This document shows, piece after piece, positions 30,026-41,477 of a stretch of 64,000 bases of DNA. This DNA is from an uncultured Chthonomonadaceae bacterium (GTDB taxonomy: Bacteria; Armatimonadota; Chthonomonadetes; Chthonomonadales; Chthonomonadaceae). Every line of letters begins with the position of its first letter. The first letter of the stretch is position 1. Under the pieces are notes generated by a model. The model saw only the letters and a list, made by a program, of their open reading frames with translations. It was not told the origin of the DNA and did no database searches. The stretch lies in contig CAWIEK010000053.1 in the NCBI GenBank assembly GCA_963835065.1, forward strand, positions 384,001 to 448,000, given 5' to 3'. A program made the position numbers and the translations under genes.

Positions 30026-30714
30026 ATGAAATTGCTGATTGTGGAGGACGAAGCGCCGACAGCCGCGTATCTGCGGCGCGGATTGAGCGAGGAGGGGTTC
30101 GAGGTCGAAGTGGCTTCCTGCGTGGCTGCCGCCGAAGCCGCCCTCACCGCCTCTGCCTGCCATGCCATTCTGCTGGATGTGATGCTGCCCGGCGGCAGCG
30201 GCTTCGATCTGTGCCGACGCTGGCGCGAAGCGGGCATCACCACGCCGATTCTGTTTTTAACCGCGCGCGATGCTATAACCGACCGCGTACAGGGCTTGAA
30301 TCTGGGGGGCGACGATTACCTTGTGAAGCCGTTTGCGTTCGATGAACTGCTGGCCCGCGTTCGCGCGCTGCTGCGGCGGGGCAGTCTCCCCCCCAGAGTA
30401 AGCGCCTGCGCGTGGCTGATCTGGAACTCGACACGGAACGGCGGCGCGTCACGCGCAATGACCAGGCGCTTCCCCTGACAGCGCGGGAGTACCAACTGCT
30501 GGAATACTTTGTGGTCAATGCCGGCAAGGTCGTCTCGCGCGCCGATTTGTGGGACAACGTTTGGGGCAGCAATGCCGAACCGGACTCGAATGTCGTGGAT
30601 GTATACGTGCGCTACCTGCGCAACAAGCTGGGACGCGCGCCGGTCATTATTGAAACCGTGCGCGGAGCCGGGTATATGCTGAACGCGGGTAAGAAGTTGA
30701 TAGTTGATAGTTGA
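30026..30714 (+). pseudogene. OmpR-family response regulator, frameshifted in a C-run at ~30390
   Basis: MKLLIVEDE...LLDVMLPG...DDYLVKPF, then the winged-helix LTAREYQLLEY...NVVDVYVRYLRNKL in the next frame. Confidence 0.85.
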
Positions 30715-30745
30715 TAGAAGCACAGGAACTATCAACTATCAACTC
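30697..30745. repeat. inverted heptamer arrays (GATAGTT)n / (AACTATC)n
   Basis: ttgatagttgatagttgatag...aactatcaactatcaact; same unit at 36893-36925. Confidence 0.85.
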
Positions 30746-30771
30746 CTAACCCGCATCGCTGGCAACAAACG

Positions 30772-32328
30772 ATGGGAGAAAAGCGAGTGAACCGCAGGAC
30801 CGCAGGACAGGCGGAATGGCTCCGGCTGTTGCGTCCGTCCACATTTCGCGCGCGCATCACGCTGGTAATGACGCTGCTGGCGCTGATCATACTGGCGCTG
30901 GTAGACGCGGCTGTCTATGCCGGGCGCTATCGCATGCTTCAAAACAACCTGGACGCTATTCTCCTGAACATTGCGCGTGAGCAGACCGGTTTCTTCCTTG
31001 AAGAATTGGGCAACGACTCCAACCCCGCAAACGCATCGGCGGCAAAGCCACTGGCGCTGCAGCTGCCCAGCGGCACGGCGTACGAAACGTATGTCCAGAT
31101 TGAGGATCGGACAGGCCGCATCCTGGCCCACACGTCAAACCTGGAGCATTTGCCGAGATTGCGCGTCCGGCAGGGAACGCGGGCGCAGGCGGAAACGGAC
31201 GGCCCGGTTTTTGAGGACATTGGGCCGGGCGCGGAGCCGATGCGTTGCCTGTGCTATCCGTTTGTTGGCGCAGGCGAAAGGCCGTTGCTGGCGCTGATTG
31301 CCGTGTCGGAAGAGCCGATGGTCAGCAGCCTGCGCTCCCTGACAATGCTGTTGAGCGGTTCTCTCGTGTTTGGCGGACTTGCCTTTGCGCTGGCCTCGTC
31401 GCGCCTGTCCCTGCGCCTGACGCGCCCTTTGGAGCAGATCGCGGCCGTTGCCCGCAATGTGGAAGAGACCAATCTGTACGCCCGCCTTCCCGAAGTGTCG
31501 CCGGATAAGGAACTGCGCGACGTGACGGAAGTGCTGAATGAGATGCTGGAACGCCTGGAAATAGCGTTTGCGCAGCAGCAGGCGCTTGTGGCCGAACAGC
31601 AGGCGCTTGTCCTTGCGCAGCAAAGGTTCGTGGCGGATGCGTCGCATGAACTGCGCTCGCCCCTGTCCAACCTGTATGGAACCGTTGAGGTGGCGCTTCG
31701 CCGCCCGCGCGCGCCGGAGGATTATCGGGATACGCTGGCTATCGCCCTTGCCGAAATTCAGCGCTTATCGCGCCTTGTGGAAGACTTGCTCACGCTGTCG
31801 CGGGCGGATGCCGGCCAATTTTCCCTGAACCGCCAGGCGTGTGACCTGGGCGCTATCGCCTGCGATTCGATGCAGGCACATGCCGCGCGCGCCGAACAAA
31901 ACGGCGTGATGCTGCAGCTTTTCAAGGCCGAGCAGACGCCCGTGTACGGGGACCGGGACCGGCTGCGGCAGGTGGTGGACAATCTGCTGGACAATGCCTT
32001 GAAGTACGCGCCGCCCAAAACCGCCGTTGAGATCACGGTTGAGCGGGACGGGCAGGAGTGCCGCTTGAACGCGCGGGATTATGGGCCGGGGATCGCGCCC
32101 GAGGACGCGGCGCAAATTTTCAATCGGTTTTACCGCACCGATCTTTCCCGAGCGCGGGCTTCGGGCGGCGCGGGGCTGGGATTGGCAATCGCGCAGGCCA
32201 TTGTACACGCGCACGGCGGCGAATTGGCGGTGGAAAGCGCGCCGGGCGTGGGAACCACGTTTCGCCTCAGCCTGCCCGCAGCCGGCGAACAGGCGGATGA
32301 CCTATTGGGAGATCAGCATGAAGAATGA
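30772..32328 (+). CDS. HAMP-domain sensor histidine kinase
   Basis: FVADASHELRSPL H-box, NLLDNALKY, DYGPGI, GAGLGLAIA. Confidence 0.92.
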   Translation: MGEKRVNRRTAGQAEWLRLLRPSTFRARITLVMTLLALIILALVDAAVYAGRYRMLQNNLDAILLNIAREQTGFFLEELGNDSNPANASAAKPLALQLPSGTAYETYVQIEDRTGRILAHTSNLEHLPRLRVRQGTRAQAETDGPVFEDIGPGAEPMRCLCYPFVGAGERPLLALIAVSEEPMVSSLRSLTMLLSGSLVFGGLAFALASSRLSLRLTRPLEQIAAVARNVEETNLYARLPEVSPDKELRDVTEVLNEMLERLEIAFAQQQALVAEQQALVLAQQRFVADASHELRSPLSNLYGTVEVALRRPRAPEDYRDTLAIALAEIQRLSRLVEDLLTLSRADAGQFSLNRQACDLGAIACDSMQAHAARAEQNGVMLQLFKAEQTPVYGDRDRLRQVVDNLLDNALKYAPPKTAVEITVERDGQECRLNARDYGPGIAPEDAAQIFNRFYRTDLSRARASGGAGLGLAIAQAIVHAHGGELAVESAPGVGTTFRLSLPAAGEQADDLLGDQHEE

Positions 32329-33308
32329 AAACCGGAAGAGTGAAGAACAGAAGATTGAACAACAGACAGACTGAACAACAACAGAACAAATACCCGCAAA
32401 GCGAAATTCACAAGGCGCGGTTGAGCCGTCGAGCCGCGATTTCGCTGGCGGTGGGCGCGGCGGGAACGCTGATGGCGAACGAGGCCGGGGCGGAGCAGGC
32501 AAATCCTGTAGCGCAGCCTGCCGGTACTGCTGCGGAGCCTGTCAAGCCACTGAAAGGGCACATTCATCAATCGGTATGCCAGTGGTGTTATGGACGCATG
32601 GCGCTTGACGAATTGTGCCGACAGGCCAAACAAATGGGATTGGTCGGCATTGACCTGCTCCATGAAAACGAATGGGAAACGGTGAAGCGTCACGGGCTGA
32701 TGTGTACGATGGCGTATGGCATCGGAACCATTCCCGACGGCTGGAACCACGTGGAAAACCATGACCGCCTTGTTGCGGAAGCGGAGCAAATCATCCCGAA
32801 AGTCGCCAAAGCGGGCTGGAACAATGTGATTACGTTTTCCGGCAATCGCAAAGGGATTTCCGACGCGCAGGGATTGGAAAACTGCGTGGCGGGATTGAAA
32901 CGCATCGCCAAAACCGCCGAAGCCAATCAGGTCACGGTTTGTCTGGAATTGCTCAACAGCCGACACGACCACAAGGATTACCAGTGCGACCATACGGCGT
33001 GGGGCGTGGAGATGTGCAGGCGCGTGGGTTCGGAGCGAATCAAACTGCTGTACGACATTTACCATGCGCAGATCATGGACGGGGATGTATGCGCCACCAT
33101 CCGCGAAAACATCGCGTACATCGGCCATTTCCATACGGGCGGCGTTCCCGGCAGGCACGAGATAGACGAAACGCAGGAGCTGAATTACGCCCGCGTATGC
33201 CGCGCCATTGCTGAAAGCGGTTATCACGGGTTTCTCGCGCATGAGTTCCTGCCCACCCGTGACCCCATGACTTCACTCCGCCAGGCCGTGCAGATTTGTG
33301 ACATCTAA
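32325..33308 (+). CDS. hydroxypyruvate isomerase-family TIM barrel with Tat signal
   Basis: LSRRAAI Tat motif, QSVCQWCY, LELLNS..DHKDY, LLYDIYHAQIMDG, HTGGVPGRHEID. Confidence 0.85.
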   Translation: MKTGRVKNRRLNNRQTEQQQNKYPQSEIHKARLSRRAAISLAVGAAGTLMANEAGAEQANPVAQPAGTAAEPVKPLKGHIHQSVCQWCYGRMALDELCRQAKQMGLVGIDLLHENEWETVKRHGLMCTMAYGIGTIPDGWNHVENHDRLVAEAEQIIPKVAKAGWNNVITFSGNRKGISDAQGLENCVAGLKRIAKTAEANQVTVCLELLNSRHDHKDYQCDHTAWGVEMCRRVGSERIKLLYDIYHAQIMDGDVCATIRENIAYIGHFHTGGVPGRHEIDETQELNYARVCRAIAESGYHGFLAHEFLPTRDPMTSLRQAVQICDI

Positions 33309-34188
33309 AACAGCCTGTGCCGCGCTTTCTCCAGCGGTCTTCCTATCAGGCTCATGCAGGTTGAAGTTAGCAATCAGCGCTTCGCGGTTCAGAACGCGCG
33401 TGTTGCCGTTCTTTTCCGTATTCATGCCGGACGCGGATTGAACAGCGATTGTAAAGGCGTTTGGGAACAAAGCATGGATTTGGGGCGTGTCGTAGGAGGA
33501 ATATATCCATTGGCAGGTGGAACGTCGCAGCCGTGCCGCCAGTTCCTCATGCTCCTCCCATGTTCGCATGTTGTGCTTGTAGTTGCAGCCGTTTTCCGGG
33601 TAGGGAGGGTCAACGTACAGGACGGTTCCGGCGCGGTCATAACGATCAAGGCACTGCCGCCAATCCAGACATTCGATAATAACGGAGCGTAAACGGTTAT
33701 GCACAGGTTTCAAGCGTTCCTGAAGCGTTTTCAGTGCGCCGATGAGACGATTGCCGCCGCCACCATCCGTAATGCTGGTTTGAAAGCGGGGGTAGTCCAG
33801 TTCGCCGCCCCATCCCGCCATGATTAGGTAGTAAAAACGATGGGCGCGTTGTACTTCATCAAGTTGTATTGGATCAAGACCGGCAAGGCGCTGAAACTCG
33901 GCGCGGGCGACAAGTTCCCATTCAAAGGATTGAAGCAATTTTTCGGGACAGTGTTTTACGATGCGAAAAAAGTTGATGAGTTCCTGGTCAACATCATTGA
34001 GGACTTCTACAGGACTCGGCGGCTTGCCGAACAACACCCACGCGCCCCCGGCAAACGGCTCTACGTAGCAGGTATGCGGAGGAAGCAGGGGAACGATCTG
34101 CTTTCGCAAGCGTGATTTGCCGCCGACCCATCGAATGGGACTGTTGATAGTTTTGTACTCGGTGGAAGGGGCGTTTTTGGTTGCCATG
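33273..34188 (-). CDS. Dam-family (D12 class) DNA adenine methyltransferase
   Basis: RWVGGKSRL, YVEPFAGGAWVLF, EVLNDVD, YVDPPY. Confidence 0.9.
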
Positions 34189-34305
34189 CAAATCCTCTTC
34201 ATTAAGATATTCTGCTGATAGACTTAATTTTAGCACGAGTATGATTCAACAAAGCCGCCGGCCTACTTTCCCGACAAGTGGCAGGCTCGCATGTGAGGAT
34301 ATGAT

Positions 34306-35337
34306 TTGACGGAGTTGAAACTCACGGTCTGTGGTCATACGTCGCACAGTTACCTTAGCGAACTGGAAGCGGGCAAGAAAACACCGACTGCGGAATTTAT
34401 TCTTGGCGTAGCGCAGTTATTCGGCGTTTCCGCCGACATTTTATTAAAGGATGAGCTTGAACTTCCCTCCTCAACTTCAACTTCATTGTCAACGTCGGGA
34501 GAAACCGGCATGTCACTGGCTTTTGTAGAGAGAGCGCCGACAGCAGGCGAGTTGGAAAAGATACGCCTGCTTCTCAGTACCTATCAAGATGGAACCGGCA
34601 TGTTGGCGGCCGACGATGGCAAAACACGGCCCGGTTGGCGCGATTTTGAACGCGCCGTCGCGCTGGCTCTGACAGGCAAAGCGTCTGAAAGCAAGGAGAT
34701 ATTTGATGTAGTTTTGTCACACCCGGAAATGCCGTCCTCTGCGCCGAAATATGGTTTGTCCTGCAAAATGCGCTCCGAGTTGAACCGCATAGAACGGGAT
34801 GGTCGCGTGACGATTGAGGTTTCCAATTCGGCAGGCAAGTTTTGGGATCATCTGGCTTCCAAAGGCATCAGCCAGAGCAACTACAAAAGTAGACCGCAGG
34901 AAGTGGGACACGCGCTAATCGAATTGGTGACAGCCTGGCATCAGGCGGAAAGCGCTACGACAGGCGGCAGCATTGATCTCGCCAAAAGCGGCTATCTTAT
35001 TCTATCCTGGAACCGCGCCGGTTTCTACCAACTGCATCAATTTAGGCTGAACATCGTGGATGCGGCTGTGTTGCGCTGGCATGTTCCGACAAGACAGGTC
35101 AAGGGGGAACAAACAGTAGGCAGGCGTATCAACGGCGATGATGAACGCGGTACACGGGTTGAATGGTACGGCGAATCAGGCGGGCAGCTAAAGTTTTACC
35201 CGTTCGCAACGGAAGCGGTATGGCAGTCCGAGCGGTTTACGTTGGAACCGTTGCCCGGTACAGAACATGGCATACTCAATAAAGCTGCCGCTTACTTTCC
35301 CGACAAATGGCAGGCCGCATGTGAGACTACGATTTGA
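34306..35337 (+). CDS. putative type II restriction endonuclease (from ATG 34510) preceded in frame by a 5'-truncated XRE HTH
   Basis: SYLSELEAGKKTPT...LFGVSADILL half-HTH; DFERAVA...FDV...GLSCK PD-(D/E)xK-like spacing; divergent from the MTase. Confidence 0.6.
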   Translation: MTELKLTVCGHTSHSYLSELEAGKKTPTAEFILGVAQLFGVSADILLKDELELPSSTSTSLSTSGETGMSLAFVERAPTAGELEKIRLLLSTYQDGTGMLAADDGKTRPGWRDFERAVALALTGKASESKEIFDVVLSHPEMPSSAPKYGLSCKMRSELNRIERDGRVTIEVSNSAGKFWDHLASKGISQSNYKSRPQEVGHALIELVTAWHQAESATTGGSIDLAKSGYLILSWNRAGFYQLHQFRLNIVDAAVLRWHVPTRQVKGEQTVGRRINGDDERGTRVEWYGESGGQLKFYPFATEAVWQSERFTLEPLPGTEHGILNKAAAYFPDKWQAACETTI

Positions 35338-35461
35338 CGGAGGCAGAATATCACAGGTATGTTTGGCAGGAGTGTTTTCGACACTTGCAAGACACTAACG
35401 GCAAAGAAGCCCGTCCTGCCACAAATAAAAATCCCCCGCCTGATAAAACCCCATAGCAGGC

Positions 35462-36817
35462 TCAGGAAAGTGTTTTCAAGGGTATGCTGTCTTCGAGGGG
35501 AATGGTGAACAGGAAGGTGCTGCCCTGCCCCAGTTCGCTTTCCACCCAGATTTTGCCGCCGTGCGCTTCGACGACCATTTTGCAGAAGGTCAGTCCCAAT
35601 CCGGTTGACATTTTGCGCCCGGCCTTGCGGTTTTCCACCTGCCCGAATTTTTCAAAGATGCGCCCGAACGATTCGCGCGGGATGCCTTCGCCCGTGTCCT
35701 GTACCGTGAACAGCAGGGCGTTTCCGGTCTGCGCGTCGGCGTTTGCAATTTGCGTATTGGCGTTTGCGGTACTTGCGTACTGTTGTCTTCCTTTTGCGGC
35801 GCGTGTTGTTCTTGAATTTGTTCTTGAAGGCGTACCGAAACGGTAATATCGCCGCTGTCGGGCGTGAACTTGATGGCGTTGCTGACCAGATTGACCAGGA
35901 CGCGGCGCAGTTTTTCCTCATCCGCCCACAGGGACGGCAAATCGGGCGCGATTTCCTGATGCAGATGCAGATGCTTGGACTGCGCCAATGCTTTCACCTG
36001 CTGCAAGGCTCCCCGAATCAGCGCGTCAGGCGCGACTTCACCCCGCTCCAATGCAAGCGAGCCGTCCTCCATTTTGCTGACATCGAGCAGGTCGTTGATC
36101 ATGCCGAGCAGCGTGTTTCCGCCGGACACGCTCACTTCCAACATCTCCGTTTGTATCGCGTCCAGGTCGCCGATAGCTTCCAGTGTTTGCAGGCCGGTGA
36201 GAAGGGAGGTAAGCGGGAGTGCGCAGGTCATGCACGATCATGTAGGTCAGGCTGTCGCGCAATTGCTCCAGGTCTTTGAGCTGCCGGTAGCGGGTTTCCA
36301 GTTCGTCCCACATCTGCTTTTTGTCCAGACAGGCGCGAACGCGGGCGCGGAGCAGGGCCGGCTCGAAAGGTTTGGGCAGGTAATCTTCCGCGCCAATCTC
36401 AATGCAGCGCGTGACCAGTTTTATATCGTCTACGCCCGAAATCATCACGACAGGTATTTCGCGCAGTCCTGGGTCTTCCTTGATCTGCTTCAATACCGCG
36501 TAGCCGTCCATACCCGGCATCATCATGTCCAGCAGCACCAGGTCGAACGACTGCTCCCCCAGCAATTTCAGGGCGTCGCGCCCATCCCCGGACAGCGTGA
36601 CTTGATGCCCCAGTTCGCGCACATGCCGCGCCAGCATCAGGCGTATGGTGGCAAGGTCATCCACAATCAGCACATGGCCTGATCGCGTCGGCATTCCCAG
36701 GCCACTGCGCGGCAGAACTTTCGGCTCCTGCTCAGGAAGAGGAATCGGCACGGACGCTCCTTCTATGCCTGCGCCCGCCGCCACATCGTTAATAATTTCG
36801 CTTACACTTTCACCCAT
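35462..36817 (-). pseudogene. receiver + histidine kinase hybrid, frameshifts at ~36220 and ~35830
   Basis: VLIVDD...LLDMMMPGMDG...[41 protein letters not shown]. Confidence 0.85.
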
Positions 36818-36933
36818 GCTTGCGGTTATACTTTCTACTGTACTTGCGCTTGTGCCAAATGAATAGTCGCTGAAAGTTCGCAGATACTGTATCCCTATCA
36901 ACTACGAACTATCAACTATCAACTCCTTAACGC

Positions 36934-39900
36934 TTACTCTTGCTCTTGCGCTACCTGTTCCAGCGCGCGGCACAGGCGCTCAAATTCCTTTTCTACCTGC
37001 GGCATCAGCGCGATAGCGCCGTCAACGCTTCCCGCTCGTCCCTTTTTTTCCAATTCCGAACACAATCGCGCCAGTTCGCGCCCGCCCAGATTGGCCGACA
37101 CGCCCTTGATGCCATGCGCGGCGGACGCCAGCAGCGCGGGATTATTGGTAGTTTCGGCTTCCCGCATGGCGGCCATGCGCGGCACTACGTCGTTACGCAG
37201 GGTTTCCACGAGTTCGAGCAGCACGTCGCGCATCATGCGCAAGTCTTCCAGGAACGCCGGGTCAATCACATCTTCAACGATTAAATCTGCTGTAATCGCG
37301 CCGTCTGTAACATTATCCTGCATAGCGGCCTCCTCATTGTTCGTCCTGCCTGCCCACGGTACGGGTGGTTCCTGATGCGATAGGAGTTCCTGAGACAATG
37401 CGCTTTCCGATGCTTTCTGTTGCTTCTCCTCCGCGGTTTCGACAAGTACAGCCGTATCGGGAGGCACGGCAGGGAATAAGGATTTGTTTTTCCGCGCCTG
37501 CGCCCATTCTCCGCAGCGCGTCAGCGCGGCTTGCAGGGCGGTGGGATTGACCGGCTTGGCGAGGTAATCGTCCATGCCCGCGTCCAGGCATGCCTGCTGA
37601 TCCTCTTTCATGGCGTTAGCGGTCAGGGCAACGATGCGCGGACGCTCCGACTTCGGCAAAACGCGCATTGATGTACCGCGACGCTTCCAGGCCGTCCATT
37701 TCCGGCATCTGCACGTCCATCAAAATCACGTCATAAGACTGCCGCTCCAATGCTTTCAGCACTTCCAGGCCATTGGCGGCGGCATCGGCGCGATAGCCAT
37801 ACTTGCCCAATAAACTGTGCATCAATTTCTGGTTTACGGCCAGGTCTTCAGCCATGAGAATACGCAGGGGCAGGCGCTGCGCAAGGGTTCGGTCATACGT
37901 GGGCACATCCCTTACTTTCAAGGGGCGATCCTGCGCCGAAAGAATGTTTGCCAGCACGTCGTACAACTGCGACTGCTTGACGGGTTTGGTCAGCATGGCC
38001 GCGAACCCGCCCTCCTCGATTTCCGCCAGGCGTGGCCCCACCGAACTCAGCCCCACAAGCGGCAGGTTTTCCGCCACGCGGCGGCGATGTATCTCCTTTG
38101 CCAGCATGATGCCGTCCATATCCGGCATTTGTATGTCCAGAATGGCAAGATCGAACTTTTCTCCGCGCCCCAGATGTTCCAGCGCTTCCCGCGCGCTTGC
38201 GCACTCCATTGCTTCCATGCCCCAGCTTCGCGCCTGCAGGAGCAGTATCTGCCGATTTGTCTGGTTGTCGTCCACAATCAGCAGCCGGCAGCCCCGCAGC
38301 GTGGCCGGATGCGCGTCTAAGGGCGTCCGCACGTCCACGGACGATACTTCGACGGGCAGGGTCACAAAAAAGGTCGAGCCTTGCCCCACCCGGCTTTCCA
38401 CCCGGATACTTCCGTTCATCATCTCGCACAGCCGCTTGCAGATAACGAGGCCAAGCCCGGTTCCGCCGTATTTGCGCGTGGTCGAAGCGTCTACCTGACT
38501 AAATGAGCGGAACAGGCGATCCATTCGGTCGGCGGGGATACCGATCCCCGTATCGCGCACGGTAAATTGAAGTTCGGCGCGTTCTCCCTCCCCTGCCTGC
38601 GCCGACAGGCTGAGAACAACTTCGCCCTGCTCCGTAAACTTCACCGCGTTGCTAAGTAGATTGACCAAAATTTGCCGAACCCGCGTGACATCGCCCACCA
38701 CTGTCGTCGGCGTGTTCGGCTCAATTACATACGCCAATTCCAAGCCTTTTTCCGCCGCCCGCGTGGCAAGCAAGTCCATCGCGGTTTCGATGCACTCGCG
38801 GACATCGAAGGGCCGATGCTCCACTTCCAACTGCCCGGCTTCGATTTTCGAGTAATCCAGAATGTCGTTGATAATCGTCAGCAGGGCGTCGCCGCTGTCG
38901 CGGATGATGTGGGCGTATTCCTGCTGCTCCAGCGTCAGGTTGGTATCAAGCATCAGGCCGGTCATGCCGATGACGGCGTTCATGGGTGTGCGTATCTCGT
39001 GGCTCATGGTCGCCAGAAACTCGCTTTTCGCGCGCACCGCCGCTTCTGCCGCGTCTTTTGCCCGCAGCAGTTCCTCTTCGTCCTGCTTGCGCTCCGTGAT
39101 GTCAATGTGGACGCCGACCCATTCCCGGATGCTGCCATCGGTTTCCAGCACGGGTACGCCGCGCACCAAAAATTGCCGGTACACGCCGTCATAGCGCCGA
39201 ACGCGCATTTCGATGTGGTAAATCGCGCGATTGGAAACGGCCTTTTTCCATTCCTCAACGGAGTATTCGCGGTCATCGGGGTGAACCGCGTCCGCCCAGC
39301 CATACCCCTGATACTGCGCGTAACGCTGCCCTGTGTACCGCGCCCATCCCGGCTGATCGCCGCGCATTTCGCCCTGCGCGGTATTGGTCCAGACGATCTG
39401 CGACGTGGCTTCAATCAGGGAGCGGAACCGTTCTTCGCTGTGGCGCAGGTCTTCTTCGGCCTGCTTGCGCTTGGCGATGTCGGTAAACGTCACCCCCGCG
39501 CCCTGAATTACGCCGTTTTCGATAATGGGCGCGGACGAGTATTCGACAGCGAAACTGCTGCCGTCGCGCCGCCAGAACACCTCATCGTCGCGCCGGCACG
39601 ACCTGCCATTGCGAAACGCCTGATAGATAAGACAGGATTCGACAGGATACGGGGAGCCATCCGGGCGATGATGGTGCGTGAGGGCGTGGACGTTTTTGCC
39701 GATGATTTCTTCCGGCGCGTAGCCCAACATCCGCGCGCCCGCCTTGTTGATAAAGGTGCAGTTGCCGTTCAGATCAACGCCGTAAATGCCTTCAATGGTG
39801 GAGTTGAGCAGGAGGTTGTTGGAACGGGCAAGTTGGGCGCGTTCCTGCTCCACGCGCTTCATCCCGGTCAGGTCGCGCACATAGCCGACGAACAGGGGCT

Positions 39901-40327
39901 GTCCCGGCTGCTCCAATCGCGCAACCGCCAGTTCGATGGGAAATTCCTCGCCACTGCGCCGGACAGCGGTGATTTCAAGACGCTTCCCGACAACGGCATT
40001 CTCGCCCGTTTCCAGATAGCGGGCCAGGCCGTGCCGGTGGGTGTCGCGCAGGGCGGGCGGAATAATCAAGGACGCCATTTCCTGCCCCACCGCTTCGTCA
40101 CGGGCGTAGCCGAAGATATGCTCGGCAGCCGCGTTCCAGCGCAGTATCTTGCCCTCGTGATTCATCATCACAATGGCGTCCATCGCGGCTTCCATCACCG
40201 CGTCTTCTATCGGCGCCACAGGCGGGCGGGGCATCAAATCCATGTTCACGACCTTACGACGCGCGAAATTGACAAACGTATCTCCTCTCCATTTACGCGC
40301 TGCCGGGCATAATAGTGCCAGATACAA
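36934..40327 (-). pseudogene. PAS x3 hybrid histidine kinase with two receivers and Hpt, frameshift at ~37670
   Basis: MSHEIRTPMNAVIG, NLLSNAVKFT, GGTGLGL, two REC domains, [13 protein letters not shown]pt in ORF 36934-37668. Confidence 0.88.
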
Positions 40328-40490
40328 GGCATCCGGCCTTCAGGTGTTCACGCAACAGGGTTTTGGCTTTTACCTGCAATAAGATTCACGAATGTAGCCT
40401 AAAGTGTACTCAAAGGGAGGTATAATGTACTATTAGAACCACTTCTTGATGCTACCGTAGACGCGAGGAACGTGGCAGAAAGGCAATGGA

Positions 40491-40925
40491 ATGGAAACAG
40501 AAAACAGTATAAGCGGAACAAGTGTGGAAGCCTTGCTCTCCCCCGATCAAGCGGCGGCGGCGCTAGGCGTTCGGCGACGCACATTAGAAGATTGGGTTCG
40601 CGCCGGAAAAATTCCTGTTGTCAAGCTAGGACGATTGCATAAGTTTCGTCCGGCAACACTGCAGCAATTTATCGAAACACAGGAAACGCTTGTCACCACA
40701 AGAAACAAGCCCGTTCAAATCGAAACATCTGTTCCTTCCGATTTGGAGAAGGCTGCCGTACAGGACGCTGCCAAACGTCAAAGGCAAATTGCCTTGCTGG
40801 AACAATGGAACGCCGAAGATGCGACTGACGATCCGCAGGAGATTGCTCGGCGAGAAGCCGAATGGGGAGCGTTTGAAAAGAGCCTGGAAGCGAACCGCCT
40901 TGCGTTGCCTGTCTCGGAGGTCTGA
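40491..40925 (+). CDS. excisionase-type HTH protein, putative antitoxin
   Basis: LLSPDQAAAALGVRRRTLEDWVRAGKIPVVKLGR; TGATG overlap with the PIN gene. Confidence 0.75.
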   Translation: METENSISGTSVEALLSPDQAAAALGVRRRTLEDWVRAGKIPVVKLGRLHKFRPATLQQFIETQETLVTTRNKPVQIETSVPSDLEKAAVQDAAKRQRQIALLEQWNAEDATDDPQEIARREAEWGAFEKSLEANRLALPVSEV

Positions 40926-41389
40926 TGCTATCTGCAATTGTGCTGGATGAAAGGCCGCTCAGTCTGGCTGCGCAAGATCAAAGCAAACCGGAGGCGATTG
41001 CTTTTCGCAAGTGGATGATAGACTGGATCAGGCGCGGCGCTACATTTTATATCCCGGAGATTACCGATTATGAGCTGCGGCGCGAACTGGTTCGCGCCGC
41101 GAAAACGGAAAGTTTGGTAAGATTGGACGCGCTGCCGCAAATCGGCATCTATCTGCCTCTGACCACAGCGCAAATGCGCGAAGCCGCCCGATTGTGGGCG
41201 CATGTACGCAATTTGAACCTGACCACTGCGGACAAACAGGCGCTCGATGGAGACGTGATCTTGTGCGCTCAGGCGCTGAGTTTGGGAATACCTGCCGACC
41301 AAATTATCGTAGCAACCAGTAACGCCGCTCATATAGGACGCTTTCTCAATGCGGCGGCATGGGCAGACATTCAGCCCGAAGAGGAGTAA
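40925..41389 (+). CDS. PIN-domain (VapC-like) ribonuclease, putative toxin
   Basis: IVLD, PEITDYELRREL, AARLWA, DGDVILCAQA, ATSNAAHI. Confidence 0.8.
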   Translation: MLSAIVLDERPLSLAAQDQSKPEAIAFRKWMIDWIRRGATFYIPEITDYELRRELVRAAKTESLVRLDALPQIGIYLPLTTAQMREAARLWAHVRNLNLTTADKQALDGDVILCAQALSLGIPADQIIVATSNAAHIGRFLNAAAWADIQPEEE

Positions 41390-41477
41390 GCGCACCGCAA
41401 CATTCGTGTCCGCCAACGGTTAGCACAAATACTTTGTTGCGCCATACTTTGGTTCAGGAGACGCCAATGCCTGATGG

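Noticed and set aside
34246..35342. DGR template/variable repeat pair
   Set aside because: Differences are not adenine-specific on either strand, they include indels, and no reverse transcriptase is in the window.
38672..40312. Long antisense ORFs (546 aa here; also 13887-15239, 49710-50801, 57377-58558)
   Set aside because: Shadow frames of GC-rich genes with clear motifs on the opposite strand.
40491..40925. Prophage or integrative-element excisionase
   Set aside because: No integrase, att-tRNA or phage genes nearby; the gene is coupled to a PIN gene.
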